Part shown: positions 52,498 through 63,435 of the stretch, one piece after another
Numbering within the stretch: position 1 is the stretch's first letter
Layout: each line of letters opens with the position of its first letter
Origin: Bdellovibrionales bacterium
GTDB lineage: Bacteria > Bdellovibrionota > Bdellovibrionia > Bdellovibrionales > UBA1609
Length of the DNA: 64,000 bases
Assembly: GCA_965205945.1 (NCBI GenBank)
Contig: CBDBIB010000002.1
Coordinates: 64,001 to 128,000, forward strand
Reading direction: 5' to 3'
Translations under genes and position numbers: made by a program
The notes under the pieces: model-generated
Told to the model about the DNA's origin: nothing
Seen by the model: the letters and a program-made list of their open reading frames with translations, nothing else
The model's database searches: none

Positions 52498-53039
52498 TGT
52501 GCTTTTACAAAATATGCCGATAAGGAGGATTATGTTACTACGTCTATTTTAAAATTATATTTAAGTTTAAAAGTATTTAATTATAAAAGTTTAGACTTTA
52601 TTTTTTTAAAATTATTATTTTCAATAAAATTTTTATCATTAAAAATAAGGACTGCTTTAGAATTTACTTTAAAAATATTTAATATTTAGCGCTCTTTTTT
52701 TAAAGCTTAGATTTAAATATCTTTATTTATCATAGCTGTTATTTTAACCAACATCTAAGTTTAAAAGTTATTAAGATACAGCATATGTATTATATAAAAT
52801 TAAATAAATATTTAAAGCGATATTCTTTAAGGTTTTTTTAATATTTATTTGTATAGAGATATTATTTAAACAAGAAAATCTTGTTAATTAAACGTAACTA
52901 TTTTGCAACATTTTTATGTTACAAAGAAATTTACACTTAAGCACCATAGTTAAAATCAGCAGGTCAAATCAAAAATAATGTGGTTTTAAGCAGAAATAGT
53001 AACATAATCCTCCTTATCGGCATGTTTTATAAAAGCACA
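52498..53039. repeat. 43-bp inverted repeat pair (52498-52540 / 52997-53039) containing dif-like XerC/D sites
   Basis: TGTGCTTTTA(C/T)AAAA-(T/C)ATGCCGATAA-GGAGGA-TTATGTTACTA on opposite strands, 2 mismatches. Confidence 0.9.
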
Positions 53040-53366
53040 CCATCCATATTAATAACTTTAAAAGTATTCCAACCAGAAATGTTAGGGGGGTTGCTAAAGC
53101 TGCATTACTCAATTTAATATTAGAGCTTTTGCGGGCAAATGACACAGAGCGCATTAGGAGTGTGAAAATAGTAGGGCTTTTGCTTATTTACCTATTCTAG
53201 GCAGATTCAAACTAGATTTAAATCAAGGGTATATTGTTGCATCACATTCTAAACTTAGAAGAGAGGAGTTATTTAAGTTATTCCACTAATATAAGCGCCT
53301 TTATCTAAAGGATAAAGTATTTTATGAGATAAAAACTCTAACATACTGGTATCTTTTGTGGTTCTT

Positions 53367-53423
53367 AAATCTTTTGATTATATGCATGGTAGAAAAGCTA
53401 TTTGTTTAGTGGTTAAATTTTAA
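53367..53423 (+). pseudogene. C-terminal relic of S-(hydroxymethyl)glutathione dehydrogenase (FrmA-like)
   Basis: KSFDYMHGRKAICLVVKF* resembles the FrmA end AFDLMHEGKSIR.V..F and stops 1 nt before the hydrolase ATG. Confidence 0.6.
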
Positions 53424-53424
53424 T

Positions 53425-54264
53425 ATGAAGTTATTAAAGAAGCATAAGTGTTTTAATGGTGTAACAGAGTTTTTTGAACACGATTCTATTTTTACAAAAA
53501 TCAAAATGAAATTTGCAGTGATTAGGTCTGAAAATTTAAAAGATATTAAAGGAGGTCTTATTTGGCTATCAGGGCTAACTTGTACTGAGGAGAACTTTGT
53601 AATTAAAGCCGGAGCTCAAAGAGTAGCTACTCAACTGGGTTTAGTTATAATTTGTCCAGATACTTCGCCAAGAGGTTTAAGCCTTTTAGGAGAGCATGAA
53701 TCTTGTTATTTTGGCTCTGGGGCAGGCTGTTATGTGGATTCTTTAACTCAAGATTATAAACACCATTACAATATGTATTCATATGTGAATGATGAAATCT
53801 ATGGGATTGTAAACAAAGAATATAAGCTTAATGGGAATATAAGTATCTTTGGCCATTCAATGGGTGGGCATGGTGCTTTAGTTATTGGTTTAAGAAATAC
53901 TAATAAATATAAATCCATCTCAGCTTTTGCTCCTATTGTAAATTTAACAAAAGTAAATTGGGGTAAAAAAGCTTTTAAAAAATATTTAGGATCTGATGAA
54001 AATTTATGGAATAAATATGATGCTTGTGAATTAATTAAGAGTGGTAAATTTCATAAAAATAAAATTTTAATTGATCAGGGTACGGATGATGAGTCTTTAA
54101 ATAAGAGCTTAATGATTCCTAATTTTGAAAAAGCATGTGAATCATCACCTCAAGAACTTAAAGTAAGGTATCATAAGGGGTTTGACCACTCATATTACTT
54201 TGTTTCTACGTTTATAAAAGACCATTTAAGGTTTCACCAAAGAAGTTTATTAAAACAAGTTTAA
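53425..54264 (+). CDS. fghA: S-formylglutathione hydrolase
   Basis: WLSGLTC, PDTSPRG, GHSMGG nucleophile, DHSYYF. Confidence 0.95.
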   Translation: MKLLKKHKCFNGVTEFFEHDSIFTKIKMKFAVIRSENLKDIKGGLIWLSGLTCTEENFVIKAGAQRVATQLGLVIICPDTSPRGLSLLGEHESCYFGSGAGCYVDSLTQDYKHHYNMYSYVNDEIYGIVNKEYKLNGNISIFGHSMGGHGALVIGLRNTNKYKSISAFAPIVNLTKVNWGKKAFKKYLGSDENLWNKYDACELIKSGKFHKNKILIDQGTDDESLNKSLMIPNFEKACESSPQELKVRYHKGFDHSYYFVSTFIKDHLRFHQRSLLKQV

Positions 54265-54544
54265 AACCATAATAACAGCATAAGAATTTAGTCTTAAATT
54301 AGGTTTTTTTTATGTTATTAAGTCTGGATAAATTAGAATTTAAAAACTTATTATTGTAAAAAGAATGATGAGTTTATGGTATTTTAAAAATGTATTGATA
54401 AGATATTTTAAATAAAATTAGTTTAATCCATTTAAACTATTTACAAGAATTCTAATAATAATTTTATTCCTAAAGTGCTTAAGAACAACTAAATAGGCAG
54501 TTAAAACTGTTCTTTTAAAGTATAAAGAGTGGTAGATAGAAAAT

Positions 54545-55690
54545 ATGAACAGGGTGTTTCTTGATAATAATGCAACTACGATGCCTTCTTGTGAAGTTTT
54601 AGAGGCTATAAGGACTTTTTCTTCTTGGGGGAATCCAAGTTCTGTTCATAGCTCAGGGAGAGCGGCAAAATTTTCAATTTTAAAAGTCAGGCGCTCTTTA
54701 GCAGAATCATTTGGTTGCACTCCTGGAGAACTTGTATTTACCTCTGGCGGTAGTGAGGCTAATAATTCTATTGTAAAAGGTCTTATATCAAAGCTTTATA
54801 AGTGTGGGCAAGACACAATTGTATCATCAACCATAGAGCATCCAGCTTTATTTAAAGCTCTTAATCAGGTAAAAAATTTAGGTTTTAAGATTATTCAGGT
54901 TCCGGTTACAGTGGATAAAGGTTTTGATTATTCTTTTTTAGAAAAAATTTTATCTGAGAATAAAGTAGGTCTTGTTAGTGTTATGCAAATTAATAATGAA
55001 ACTGGTGAAGTTTTTAATTTAAAAAAAATAAGGCAAATAATTAATAGTATACAATCTGATAAAAAGATTTATTTTCATTCTGATATGGTTCAAACTTTGG
55101 GTAAAATATCAGTGGATTTATCTCCAATAGATTTTGCAAGTTTTTCAGCTCATAAGTTTTATGCTCTTCAAGGTGTGGGTCTTATTTTTCAGAAAAAAGG
55201 TTTAAGTTTAGATCCTTTAATTATTGGTGGCGGTCAGGAAAAAGGTAGAAGAGCAGGGACAGAAAATCTTTTAGGAATTTATGCTTTTGGTGAACAGATT
55301 AAGAAACTAGATCAGGTTGAACAGGTGTCAGAAAGAATGACTAAGTTAAGAGACTATATGGAGTCTATGATATCTAGAAAAATAAAAAAAATTAGGTTTT
55401 TATCAAAAACTAGATTGCGAGCTCCAAACACGTCTTTAATGCTTATTTGTGGAGTCCATGGAGAGACTCTATTAATGAATATGGATCTTTTAGGCTTTGA
55501 GATTAGCACAGGAGCCGCTTGCAGTTCAGGAAACCCTAAACCCTCATCAGTTTTAATTGCAATGGGCCTTAGCAATCATGAGGCTTCAAAATCTCTTAGA
55601 GTGAGTTTAGGTTGGCAAACTACACAAAACGAGATAGATAGATTTATTCAGGCTTTGGTTAAAGTAGTGAAAAAATTAAGAGGGCTTTAG
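54545..55690 (+). CDS. Cysteine desulfurase (IscS/NifS type)
   Basis: DNNATT, SAHKF, RAGTEN, STGAACSS. Confidence 0.93.
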   Translation: MNRVFLDNNATTMPSCEVLEAIRTFSSWGNPSSVHSSGRAAKFSILKVRRSLAESFGCTPGELVFTSGGSEANNSIVKGLISKLYKCGQDTIVSSTIEHPALFKALNQVKNLGFKIIQVPVTVDKGFDYSFLEKILSENKVGLVSVMQINNETGEVFNLKKIRQIINSIQSDKKIYFHSDMVQTLGKISVDLSPIDFASFSAHKFYALQGVGLIFQKKGLSLDPLIIGGGQEKGRRAGTENLLGIYAFGEQIKKLDQVEQVSERMTKLRDYMESMISRKIKKIRFLSKTRLRAPNTSLMLICGVHGETLLMNMDLLGFEISTGAACSSGNPKPSSVLIAMGLSNHEASKSLRVSLGWQTTQNEIDRFIQALVKVVKKLRGL

Positions 55691-55692
55691 CG

Positions 55693-56796
55693 GTGGTATT
55701 AAATAAAAAAAAACTTAGAATTTTAGTTGCTATGAGTGGTGGAGTGGACAGTTCTGTTGCTGCAGCGTTGTTAGTAGATCAGGGTTTTGATGTCATCGGG
55801 GCGACTATGCAGGTTTGGGATTATTCTAAAAACAAAGCTAAACAAGATTCTGATTGTGATGTAAATGGCACATGTTGTAGTAGTGATGACGTAGATGATG
55901 CAAGATGGGTTGCTGATCAACTAAGGATTCCTTTTTATGTTTTAAATTGTGAAGATCAATTTCAGGCAGAAGTTATTGATCCTTTTCTTGAATCTTATCT
56001 TTGCGGTAAAACACCAATTCCATGTATAAACTGTAATACTTTTTTAAAGTTTTCACACTTGATTCAAAAAATGAAAGAACTTGATTGTGATTATCTAGCA
56101 ACAGGTCACTATGCTAAGATTGTCACTGGTGATAATAATGAGCAGTTAATCCAAACTTCTGAAGATGGACATAAAGATCAAACGTATTTTTTATTTACAT
56201 TAAACAAAGAAGTGATTTCTAAAATCATATTTCCTGTGGGAAATATGAATAAATCTGAAGTAAGAAGAATTGCTGAAGAAAAAAAATTAATAGTTGCAAA
56301 AAAGAAAGATTCAATTGGAATTTGTTTTATTAAAAAAAATAGTTACAAAGAATTTTTTTCTGATCATGTGGCTCCAGATCTATTAAATAAAGGACCCATT
56401 GTACTTTATCCTGAAAATAAAGTAATGGGTGAGCATTCAGGTCTGTATGGTTTTACCTATGGTCAAAGAAAATCCTTGGGCGTTAATTTTTTAGAACCTT
56501 TATTTGTTAAATCTCTTGATATGGAAAATAATAAACTGATTCTGTGTCGTAAAGATGATCTTTATGCTTACAATGTTCAGGTTAGAGACTGTAATTTTTT
56601 TACAGATGTTTTTAAAGGTGAAGTTTATAGAGTTAAACTAAGATATCAGCATAAAGGTGCTGATTGTACAGTTGAGGATATTAAAAACAGCTTAGTGAAG
56701 CTAAAATTTAATGATCCTCAAAGAGCTATTACTCCAGGTCAGGCTGCTGTTTTTTATAAGGAAAATAACCTTGTTGGAGGAGGTTGGATTGTGTAA
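55693..56796 (+). CDS. mnmA: tRNA 2-thiouridylase MnmA
   Basis: SGGVDS, ATGHY, KDQTYFL, TPGQ. Confidence 0.97.
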   Translation: MVLNKKKLRILVAMSGGVDSSVAAALLVDQGFDVIGATMQVWDYSKNKAKQDSDCDVNGTCCSSDDVDDARWVADQLRIPFYVLNCEDQFQAEVIDPFLESYLCGKTPIPCINCNTFLKFSHLIQKMKELDCDYLATGHYAKIVTGDNNEQLIQTSEDGHKDQTYFLFTLNKEVISKIIFPVGNMNKSEVRRIAEEKKLIVAKKKDSIGICFIKKNSYKEFFSDHVAPDLLNKGPIVLYPENKVMGEHSGLYGFTYGQRKSLGVNFLEPLFVKSLDMENNKLILCRKDDLYAYNVQVRDCNFFTDVFKGEVYRVKLRYQHKGADCTVEDIKNSLVKLKFNDPQRAITPGQAAVFYKENNLVGGGWIV

Positions 56797-58114
56797 AAAA
56801 AACAAAGATTCTCAGATACAGTATCATACGTTTGGTTGTAAGGTAAACACCTATGATACAGGCCTTATTCAAAAAAACTTAAAAGATATAAACATAGACA
56901 AGATATTAAATACTAATAAGAAAATTCATATTTTAAATACATGTGCTGTAACAGCTGAAGCAACTAAAGACGCAGTAAGATTGACAAAAAAAATTAAAAA
57001 AGAAAACCTTCAGGCCATAGTAGTAGTGACGGGCTGTTCTGCTCAAATTGATAAAAAATATTTTGAATTAGAAGATTCAGTTGACCTTTTAGTAGGAAAT
57101 TCACATAAAGAAGAATTTAAAGATTTATTACAAAAAAAAATTAATGGAGAGAATTTAGAACGGTTTTATCATAAAAATATTTTTAAGAAATCCTCAATGG
57201 GTGAAGGTGGTGGAATTGAAGAAAATCATACAAGGGCTTTTTTAAAAATTCAAGATGGATGCGATTCTTTTTGTTCATTCTGTGTTATTCCGCATACTCG
57301 AGGAAAAAGCAGATCATTGCCATTAAATGCAATAGTGAAAAAAATTAAAGATTTTGTTTTAAATGGTCAAAGAGAAGTGGTTATTACAGGCATTCATATT
57401 GGAGACTATGTTAATGAAGGTAAGAACCTTGAAGATATGATTGAGGCGATATTAAAAGAAACCACACTTCCAAGATTGAGGCTTACAAGTTTAGAGCCCT
57501 TAGAACTTACACCAAAGCTTATAAAAATTTGTAAAAACCCTAGAGTCTGTCCTCATTTTCATATGAGTGTTCAGTCTATAAACACAAAAATTTTAAAAGC
57601 CATGAAGCGTAAATATACAAGGCAAGATGTTTTAGAGTCTTTTAAAAAAGCAAAATCTGTGAGAGAGAATGTTTTTGTAGGTATGGATATTATTGTAGGG
57701 TTTCCTGGAGAAACTGAAGAAGATTTTAATGAAACATATAACGCTCTAAAAGATTCTCCTTATTGGGATAGAGTTCATGTTTTTCCTTATAGTGAGCGTC
57801 CTAAAACAAGAGCAAGCCTTTTAAAGGGTTTTGTTCCGGTAATGGAAAGAAAAAAAAGATCTAAGGCTTTAAGAGAGCTTTCAAAAAAACGTTTTCAAAG
57901 TAGTTTGGTTAAACAAATTGGTAAAACTCTTAAGGTTTTGGTTTTTGAGGAAAAAAATTTAAAAAATCAAAGATCTTACTCACAAGGTTTGTCAGAAAAC
58001 TACTACCCTGTAATTTTTCCAGAAGGAGCTCCTCAACTTAAAGAAGTAAAAGCCCGGGTGGTTAAGGTAGATTACAATTTTAAATTAAATGGAGCTTTAA
58101 TTTGTAAAATTTAG
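56789..58114 (+). CDS. mtaB: tRNA methylthiotransferase MtaB
   Basis: GCKVNTY, NTCAVT, QDGCDSFCSFC; TTG start after GGAGG. Confidence 0.9.
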   Translation: MCKKNKDSQIQYHTFGCKVNTYDTGLIQKNLKDINIDKILNTNKKIHILNTCAVTAEATKDAVRLTKKIKKENLQAIVVVTGCSAQIDKKYFELEDSVDLLVGNSHKEEFKDLLQKKINGENLERFYHKNIFKKSSMGEGGGIEENHTRAFLKIQDGCDSFCSFCVIPHTRGKSRSLPLNAIVKKIKDFVLNGQREVVITGIHIGDYVNEGKNLEDMIEAILKETTLPRLRLTSLEPLELTPKLIKICKNPRVCPHFHMSVQSINTKILKAMKRKYTRQDVLESFKKAKSVRENVFVGMDIIVGFPGETEEDFNETYNALKDSPYWDRVHVFPYSERPKTRASLLKGFVPVMERKKRSKALRELSKKRFQSSLVKQIGKTLKVLVFEEKNLKNQRSYSQGLSENYYPVIFPEGAPQLKEVKARVVKVDYNFKLNGALICKI

Positions 58115-58424
58115 TCTAAAAATAACGTAAGCGAACAGTCCTTCTTTGTTTTAAAATTAGACTTGCCATGCCTTTTTAAGCTAAACCATTTATTTTACTC
58201 GCTCTATGGTTTTATCAAGCTAGAAGTTATGAGTTTAGAGCAGAAAATTTTTCAGACAGGAATAAAGATGGAGCTAATCTTAAAGGTCTAGTAAGCTGCC
58301 CTCGTTGAACATTTAAAGCAGTTTGAGCTTTGATACAAATTTTAATTTAGAGTTAAGATTATTAAAAGTTATTGACTTAAGCCTATTTAATAAGCTATAT
58401 GGATATAAAAGATAGGAATTTCCT

Positions 58425-59090
58425 TTGATGATCTTAAAATTAGACGAACTTATAAAATCTTTAGATTTATATAAAGAGGCTTTTACACACAAGAGCTTAT
58501 CTGCTCATAAGAATTTTGAGCGATTAGAGTTCTTAGGTGATGCTTTATTAGGGGCAAAAATCACAGAGCTTTTATATCGTTATTATCCTAAGCATAAAGA
58601 GGGTGATTTAAGTCGTTGGAAATCTGGAATTATTAGTCAAAAAACCCTTTTAGAGGTTTCTAATGAGCTAGGGTTAATTCAATATTTAATGTGTAAGAAC
58701 TCTGAAAAACCTATGCTTTTAAAAAATGATAGAATTAAGGCTTCGATTTTAGAGTCATTTTTAGGAGCATATTATTTAGAAAAAGGCTATGAAGAATTTT
58801 CAACTTATGTGATGAATTTATTTAAAGATAGGATTAAAAATGCTCAGATATTTTTTTTAAAGCAAGATCCTAAAACAATTCTTCAAGAAAAAGCACAGAA
58901 CTTTTTAAAAGTAACACCAATATATAAAATATTAGGGCAAACAGGCCCCCCTCATTGTCTTATATTTACTGCTGCAGTTTTAATAAAAGATGAAATTTAT
59001 GAATCAGGAAAGGGTCATTCAATAAAAGAGGCACAAATGCAAGCTGCAAGAAAAGCAATAGTTAGGTTGCAGAAGAGTAAATATGTTTAA
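58425..59090 (+). CDS. rnc: Ribonuclease III
   Basis: ERLEFLGDA plus dsRBD. Confidence 0.96.
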   Translation: MMILKLDELIKSLDLYKEAFTHKSLSAHKNFERLEFLGDALLGAKITELLYRYYPKHKEGDLSRWKSGIISQKTLLEVSNELGLIQYLMCKNSEKPMLLKNDRIKASILESFLGAYYLEKGYEEFSTYVMNLFKDRIKNAQIFFLKQDPKTILQEKAQNFLKVTPIYKILGQTGPPHCLIFTAAVLIKDEIYESGKGHSIKEAQMQAARKAIVRLQKSKYV

Positions 59091-59994
59091 AGCAGCTACT
59101 AAGAAAAAAGCAGGTTATGTAGGAGTAGTGGGCCTACCAAACGTAGGTAAAAGTACTTTAGTAAATCATTTTATTAAAGCAAAGGTTTGTATAACTAGTA
59201 ATAAACCACAGACAACAAGAAAAAATATATTAGGTATTTTAACTAGAAATGAGTCACAATTTATTTTTGTGGATAGCCCAGGTTTTATACAGACTAAGAG
59301 TGGGCTTAATTCTTTTTTAGAATCTGAATGGAAAAAGGTGATTAAAGATATTCAAACACTAATTTTTGTTTTTGCTGTAGATTCTAAGAAGGAGAGTTTT
59401 CAAAGAACTCTAGATATGCTTGATTCTATTGGGAATAAAAAAGTTGCAATAATCACAAAGGTTGATTTAGGGTTTTATGAAAGAGAATTAATTATTCAAA
59501 GAGAGTTAGAAAAACGAGGGATACGTTTTTTTAAAGCCAGTAGAAAAGGAAAATCTGAAAGTCTTCAGATAACAGATGGTTGTTTAGATTATTTAGAAAG
59601 TAACCTTTTAGAAGTTAAAGAATTTTATTACGATAAAAAATTATATACAACTCAGACATTAAGAGAGTTGTCTGCTGAGATTGTATTAGAAAATATTTTT
59701 AGACATTTAAGTGATGAACTTCCTTATGAAATAAGTGTTCAACCCATTAAGTTTGAAGAGCTTCCTACTATTTATAAAATTTATGTTCAAATTCTTATTT
59801 CAAAAGAAAGGTATAAAAAAATTATTATTGGAAAGAATGGAAATACGATTAAAAGAATAGGAACTTTATCTAGAAAATCATTGGAGTTAGAGTTTGGAAT
59901 GAAAGTGTTTTTAGATTTAAGGGTTAAATTTAAAAAAGATTGGAATAAGAACATTAGATCGTTAAAGGAGTTAGGTTATGGGCAGAAGCAATAA
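59083..59994 (+). CDS. era: GTPase Era
   Basis: GLPNVGKST, QTTR, ELPY, IIGKNG KH domain. Confidence 0.96.
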   Translation: MFKAATKKKAGYVGVVGLPNVGKSTLVNHFIKAKVCITSNKPQTTRKNILGILTRNESQFIFVDSPGFIQTKSGLNSFLESEWKKVIKDIQTLIFVFAVDSKKESFQRTLDMLDSIGNKKVAIITKVDLGFYERELIIQRELEKRGIRFFKASRKGKSESLQITDGCLDYLESNLLEVKEFYYDKKLYTTQTLRELSAEIVLENIFRHLSDELPYEISVQPIKFEELPTIYKIYVQILISKERYKKIIIGKNGNTIKRIGTLSRKSLELEFGMKVFLDLRVKFKKDWNKNIRSLKELGYGQKQ

Positions 59995-61354
59995 AGATTT
60001 ATTTTCTGTTGCATTAGTGGGGAGGCCAAATGTTGGAAAATCTAGCTTATTTAATGTTTTATGTCAAAAAAAAATAGCTCTTGTTAAAGATCAACCTGGT
60101 GTAACTAGAGATATTCGACGTGGTGTTGCTAAATGGTGGGGGAAAGAGTTTTTTGTTTGTGATACTGGTGGTTGGACAAATGCTAAAGACACTATATCAA
60201 GAGCAGTTAAAGAAAAACTTCAAACCCAGCTTGAAAATTTTGATCTTCTTATTTTTATTTGTGATATTAGGCAAAAGCTGACTGCTGATGATAAGAATTT
60301 TTTTTCTATTATACGCGGTATAGGAAAACCTTTTTTAGTAGTTTTAAATAAATGTGACTCAGACTCTCAAGATGAAATAGAGTTTTATGGTTTGGGTGTA
60401 GATGAATTTTTAAAAATATCTTGCGAGCATAAAATAGGTATAAGCCCTATAATTGAAGCAATACATCAAAATATAGATGATCTTAATATAGAATTAGGAG
60501 ATGAGAAATTAGGTGCATACGAACTAAAGAATTTTCCAATCACTGTTGTTGGTAAGCCTAACGTTGGTAAAAGTTCATTAGTGAATAGAATTCTTAAAAG
60601 AGAGCAACAGTTAGTATCACCAGTTGCAGGTACTACAACAGACACATTGTCTTTTAATGGAAATCATAGAGGTTTTAAATTTAAAATTTATGATACAGCT
60701 GGAATTAGAAGAAAAGCAAAGCTTGATGGTGAGCTTGAAGGTTTAACAATGATTAAAGCTTTAGAGACAATTAATAAAGCTGAGTTTATTTTAATTGTTA
60801 TAGATGGTACAGATAAGCCATCTTTTGCTGATGCAAGGCTTATTGAGCGTTGTAGTGAGGAAAATAAACCTTTTTTAATAGTGGTAAATAAATGGGATCT
60901 TGCAAAGGAAAAAGAAGGTTTATTTAATAAGGATACTTTTAAAAAAGACTTAATTAAAGAATTTCATTTTTTAAAATTATTTAAAGTAGTTTTTGTTTCA
61001 GCACTTACAAGTAGTGGTATTGATAAGCTGTTTAAAGAGCTTTATATGCTTAAAGAAAAAATGGGTAAACATATAGGAACAGGGGAATTAAATAGATTTT
61101 TTAAGAAAGCTATAAAGCTTACACCAGCTCCTTTTTATAAAAATAAACAGGTTAAACTTTACTATATTACTCAGACAAAACAAAATACACCAAGTTTTTT
61201 ATGCTTTGCAAATCACCCTAAAGGAGTAACTCCTTCCTATAGAAGATTTTTAGAGAATAGGATCACAGAAGAATTTGGTTTTGATGGTGTGCCAATAAGA
61301 GTGTTGTTTCTTCCTAAGAACACTGTAAAAAGAGGAATTTTTTTTAATGATTGA
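59978..61354 (+). CDS. der: GTPase Der (EngA)
   Basis: Two tandem G domains (GRPNVGKS, GKPNVGKS). Confidence 0.97.
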   Translation: MGRSNKDLFSVALVGRPNVGKSSLFNVLCQKKIALVKDQPGVTRDIRRGVAKWWGKEFFVCDTGGWTNAKDTISRAVKEKLQTQLENFDLLIFICDIRQKLTADDKNFFSIIRGIGKPFLVVLNKCDSDSQDEIEFYGLGVDEFLKISCEHKIGISPIIEAIHQNIDDLNIELGDEKLGAYELKNFPITVVGKPNVGKSSLVNRILKREQQLVSPVAGTTTDTLSFNGNHRGFKFKIYDTAGIRRKAKLDGELEGLTMIKALETINKAEFILIVIDGTDKPSFADARLIERCSEENKPFLIVVNKWDLAKEKEGLFNKDTFKKDLIKEFHFLKLFKVVFVSALTSSGIDKLFKELYMLKEKMGKHIGTGELNRFFKKAIKLTPAPFYKNKQVKLYYITQTKQNTPSFLCFANHPKGVTPSYRRFLENRITEEFGFDGVPIRVLFLPKNTVKRGIFFND

Positions 61355-62697
61355 AGAAAAGTCAGTCTGGCGTAGTCGATTCGGGTTTTATATTGCTTCT
61401 ATTGGAACAGCTTTTGGTTTAGGAAATCTTTGGAGATTCCCTTATGTTTCTATTGAGTACGGTGGTGGAGCCTTTGTTTTTATATATATATTAATGGCCT
61501 TTTTCATTGGTATTCCTTTGCTTATTTCAGAAATAAGTTTAGGAAAATACTTACATAAAAAGGGGGTAAGCCTTTCAACATTAATCTTAAAAAAGAATTC
61601 AAAAATGAATATTATTTTACAGCCACTTTTATGGTTGCCGTACTTAATTTCATTTATAGTCTTGTCTTATTACTGTATTCTAAGTGGATGGACTGTATAC
61701 TTATTAGTGAAAGCTATAATGTATTTATCAAAAGGGATGTCGCATTTTGATGAATCGATATTTTTAACTCTAAAAGAAAAACCTATATTGCAGGTATTTT
61801 TATTAAGTATTTACTTAATAACGGTATTTCTTATATCAATTAAAGGTTTAAAAGCCGGAGTTGAAAAATGGCTATCGTTTGTAATGCCTTTTTTTGTATG
61901 TTTTTTAATTTATTTTTTATTTAAAATTATAAATCAAGCTGATCTTTTTGAGGCAGTTCGTTATATGATTTATCCGAATTTTCATTTACTAACATTTAAA
62001 TCATTTTCTTATATTTTAGGGCATGTGCTATTTACTATGAGTCTTGGTTTTGGTTCTGTTTTTACATTAGGTAAGTATTTGCCTAAATATGCATTATCAG
62101 GTATGGCGAGTGTGAGAGTTGTTGCTATAGATACATTAGTTTCTATTTGTATAGGTATTGTGATTTTTTCTATTATTGCTTTTTCAGGTTATAAAGGGGC
62201 TTTAAGTGAGACATTATTTAGGGCGATTCCAAATTTTATTCAAATTAAAGGCTTGTCTATATTTTTGTTGTTAGGGTTTTATATTTGTATATTGATTGCT
62301 TTTATTAATGCTTCAATTGGTTTGATTGAAAACAATAATGTATAAATTAAACGATTCCACTGGTTGGAATAGAAAAAAATCTTCATTCTTTCTTTATACA
62401 GTTACAATAATAGTTTCAACTTTAATAATATACTTAAATAAAAATGGAGTAGGAGTTTTTCTAGGTAGAAGTTTTTTAGAGCAGATAGATGATGTAGTTA
62501 TTAATTATATTCTTCCACTTTCAGCGATAGTGATTTCAGTGCTTACACTAAAATATGTTGAGAAAAGTTTTTTAAAAAATGAGTTTGATGTGGATGAAAA
62601 AATTGAAAATTTAAAAATTTATTATTTTTGGAGATTTTTTTTATATTTTATAATGCCAAGTATTTATATATTTTTTTTAGTACTCCGTGTGCTTTAA
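61347..62697 (+). CDS. Sodium-dependent transporter (SNF/NSS family), frameshifted near 62330
   Basis: GLGNLWRFPY signature; two ORFs join if one A is removed from GAAAAC. Confidence 0.85.
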
Positions 62698-63435
62698 AAG
62701 TTAAATCCAAGACCTAGTTGAATAGATATAGGGTCGCCCTTAGGTATTAATGAAGTGGTAACAGTGCGATCATTGGGGGTGAGTAGTGTTATATTTTCAC
62801 CTTCATCTGGAAAATCTGCTTTGTAATATGTGGCTTGAAGTGATATAAAATTTTTGTTATTTATTAAACAAGTACTCAATACCAGCTCCAAAATCAAAGC
62901 TTCCAACAGTATCTTTTGCTAAAAGATAAGGGCTTGCTGTGCTTTGTGAGTTTCTGTTGATTTGAGAGAAGCCACCAATAAAGAATGGGTTGTATTTAGA
63001 AATACTTTTTCTAAGGTTTTGAGTGTTAATAAAATATTTACCATGAAAAGAGGTTGTTGAAAAAGTTGAGGATCCGTTAAATAATATGTTTTCTTCAGGA
63101 AAATTATAAGAAAGAGTATGAGTTCCTGTATGGTAAGAGATATGAACTGCAAATTGTAAATTCATATAATATGTGAATAAGGCTCCAAAATAAGTTCCGG
63201 TAGAGTAATTTGACCCTAGATTTCCAGTAAAAGTACGTGTGCCTAAAAGGATACCTATACTTAACATTCTACCAAATTTAAAAAAGTTAGTATCAGTTTC
63301 TTCTGTAGAAATATCTATAAAATCACTGTAATCAGCAAAAGGATCAAAAGCATCATCGGTTAGGCTATCATCGCAAAAACATAGCGCTGGAACTAGTAAA
63401 ACCACTAAAATAATTTTGGAGGCTATTATTTTCAT
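62694..63435 (-). CDS. Outer-membrane beta-barrel protein, frameshifted near 62860
   Basis: Signal peptide, amphipathic strands, GAGIEY; downstream frame ends LGLGFNF with terminal Phe. Confidence 0.7.

Noticed and set aside
52897..52924. Third Xer site (TTATGTTACAA) inside the bracketed segment
   Set aside because: XerD-like arm only; no ATAA-ending XerC arm at 6-bp spacing
45871..53039. Diversity-generating retroelement acting on the adhesin tip
   Set aside because: No reverse transcriptase and no template/variable repeat pair with adenine-specific differences was seen
58115..58424. Open frame in the mtaB-rnc gap
   Set aside because: No start codon or recognisable similarity
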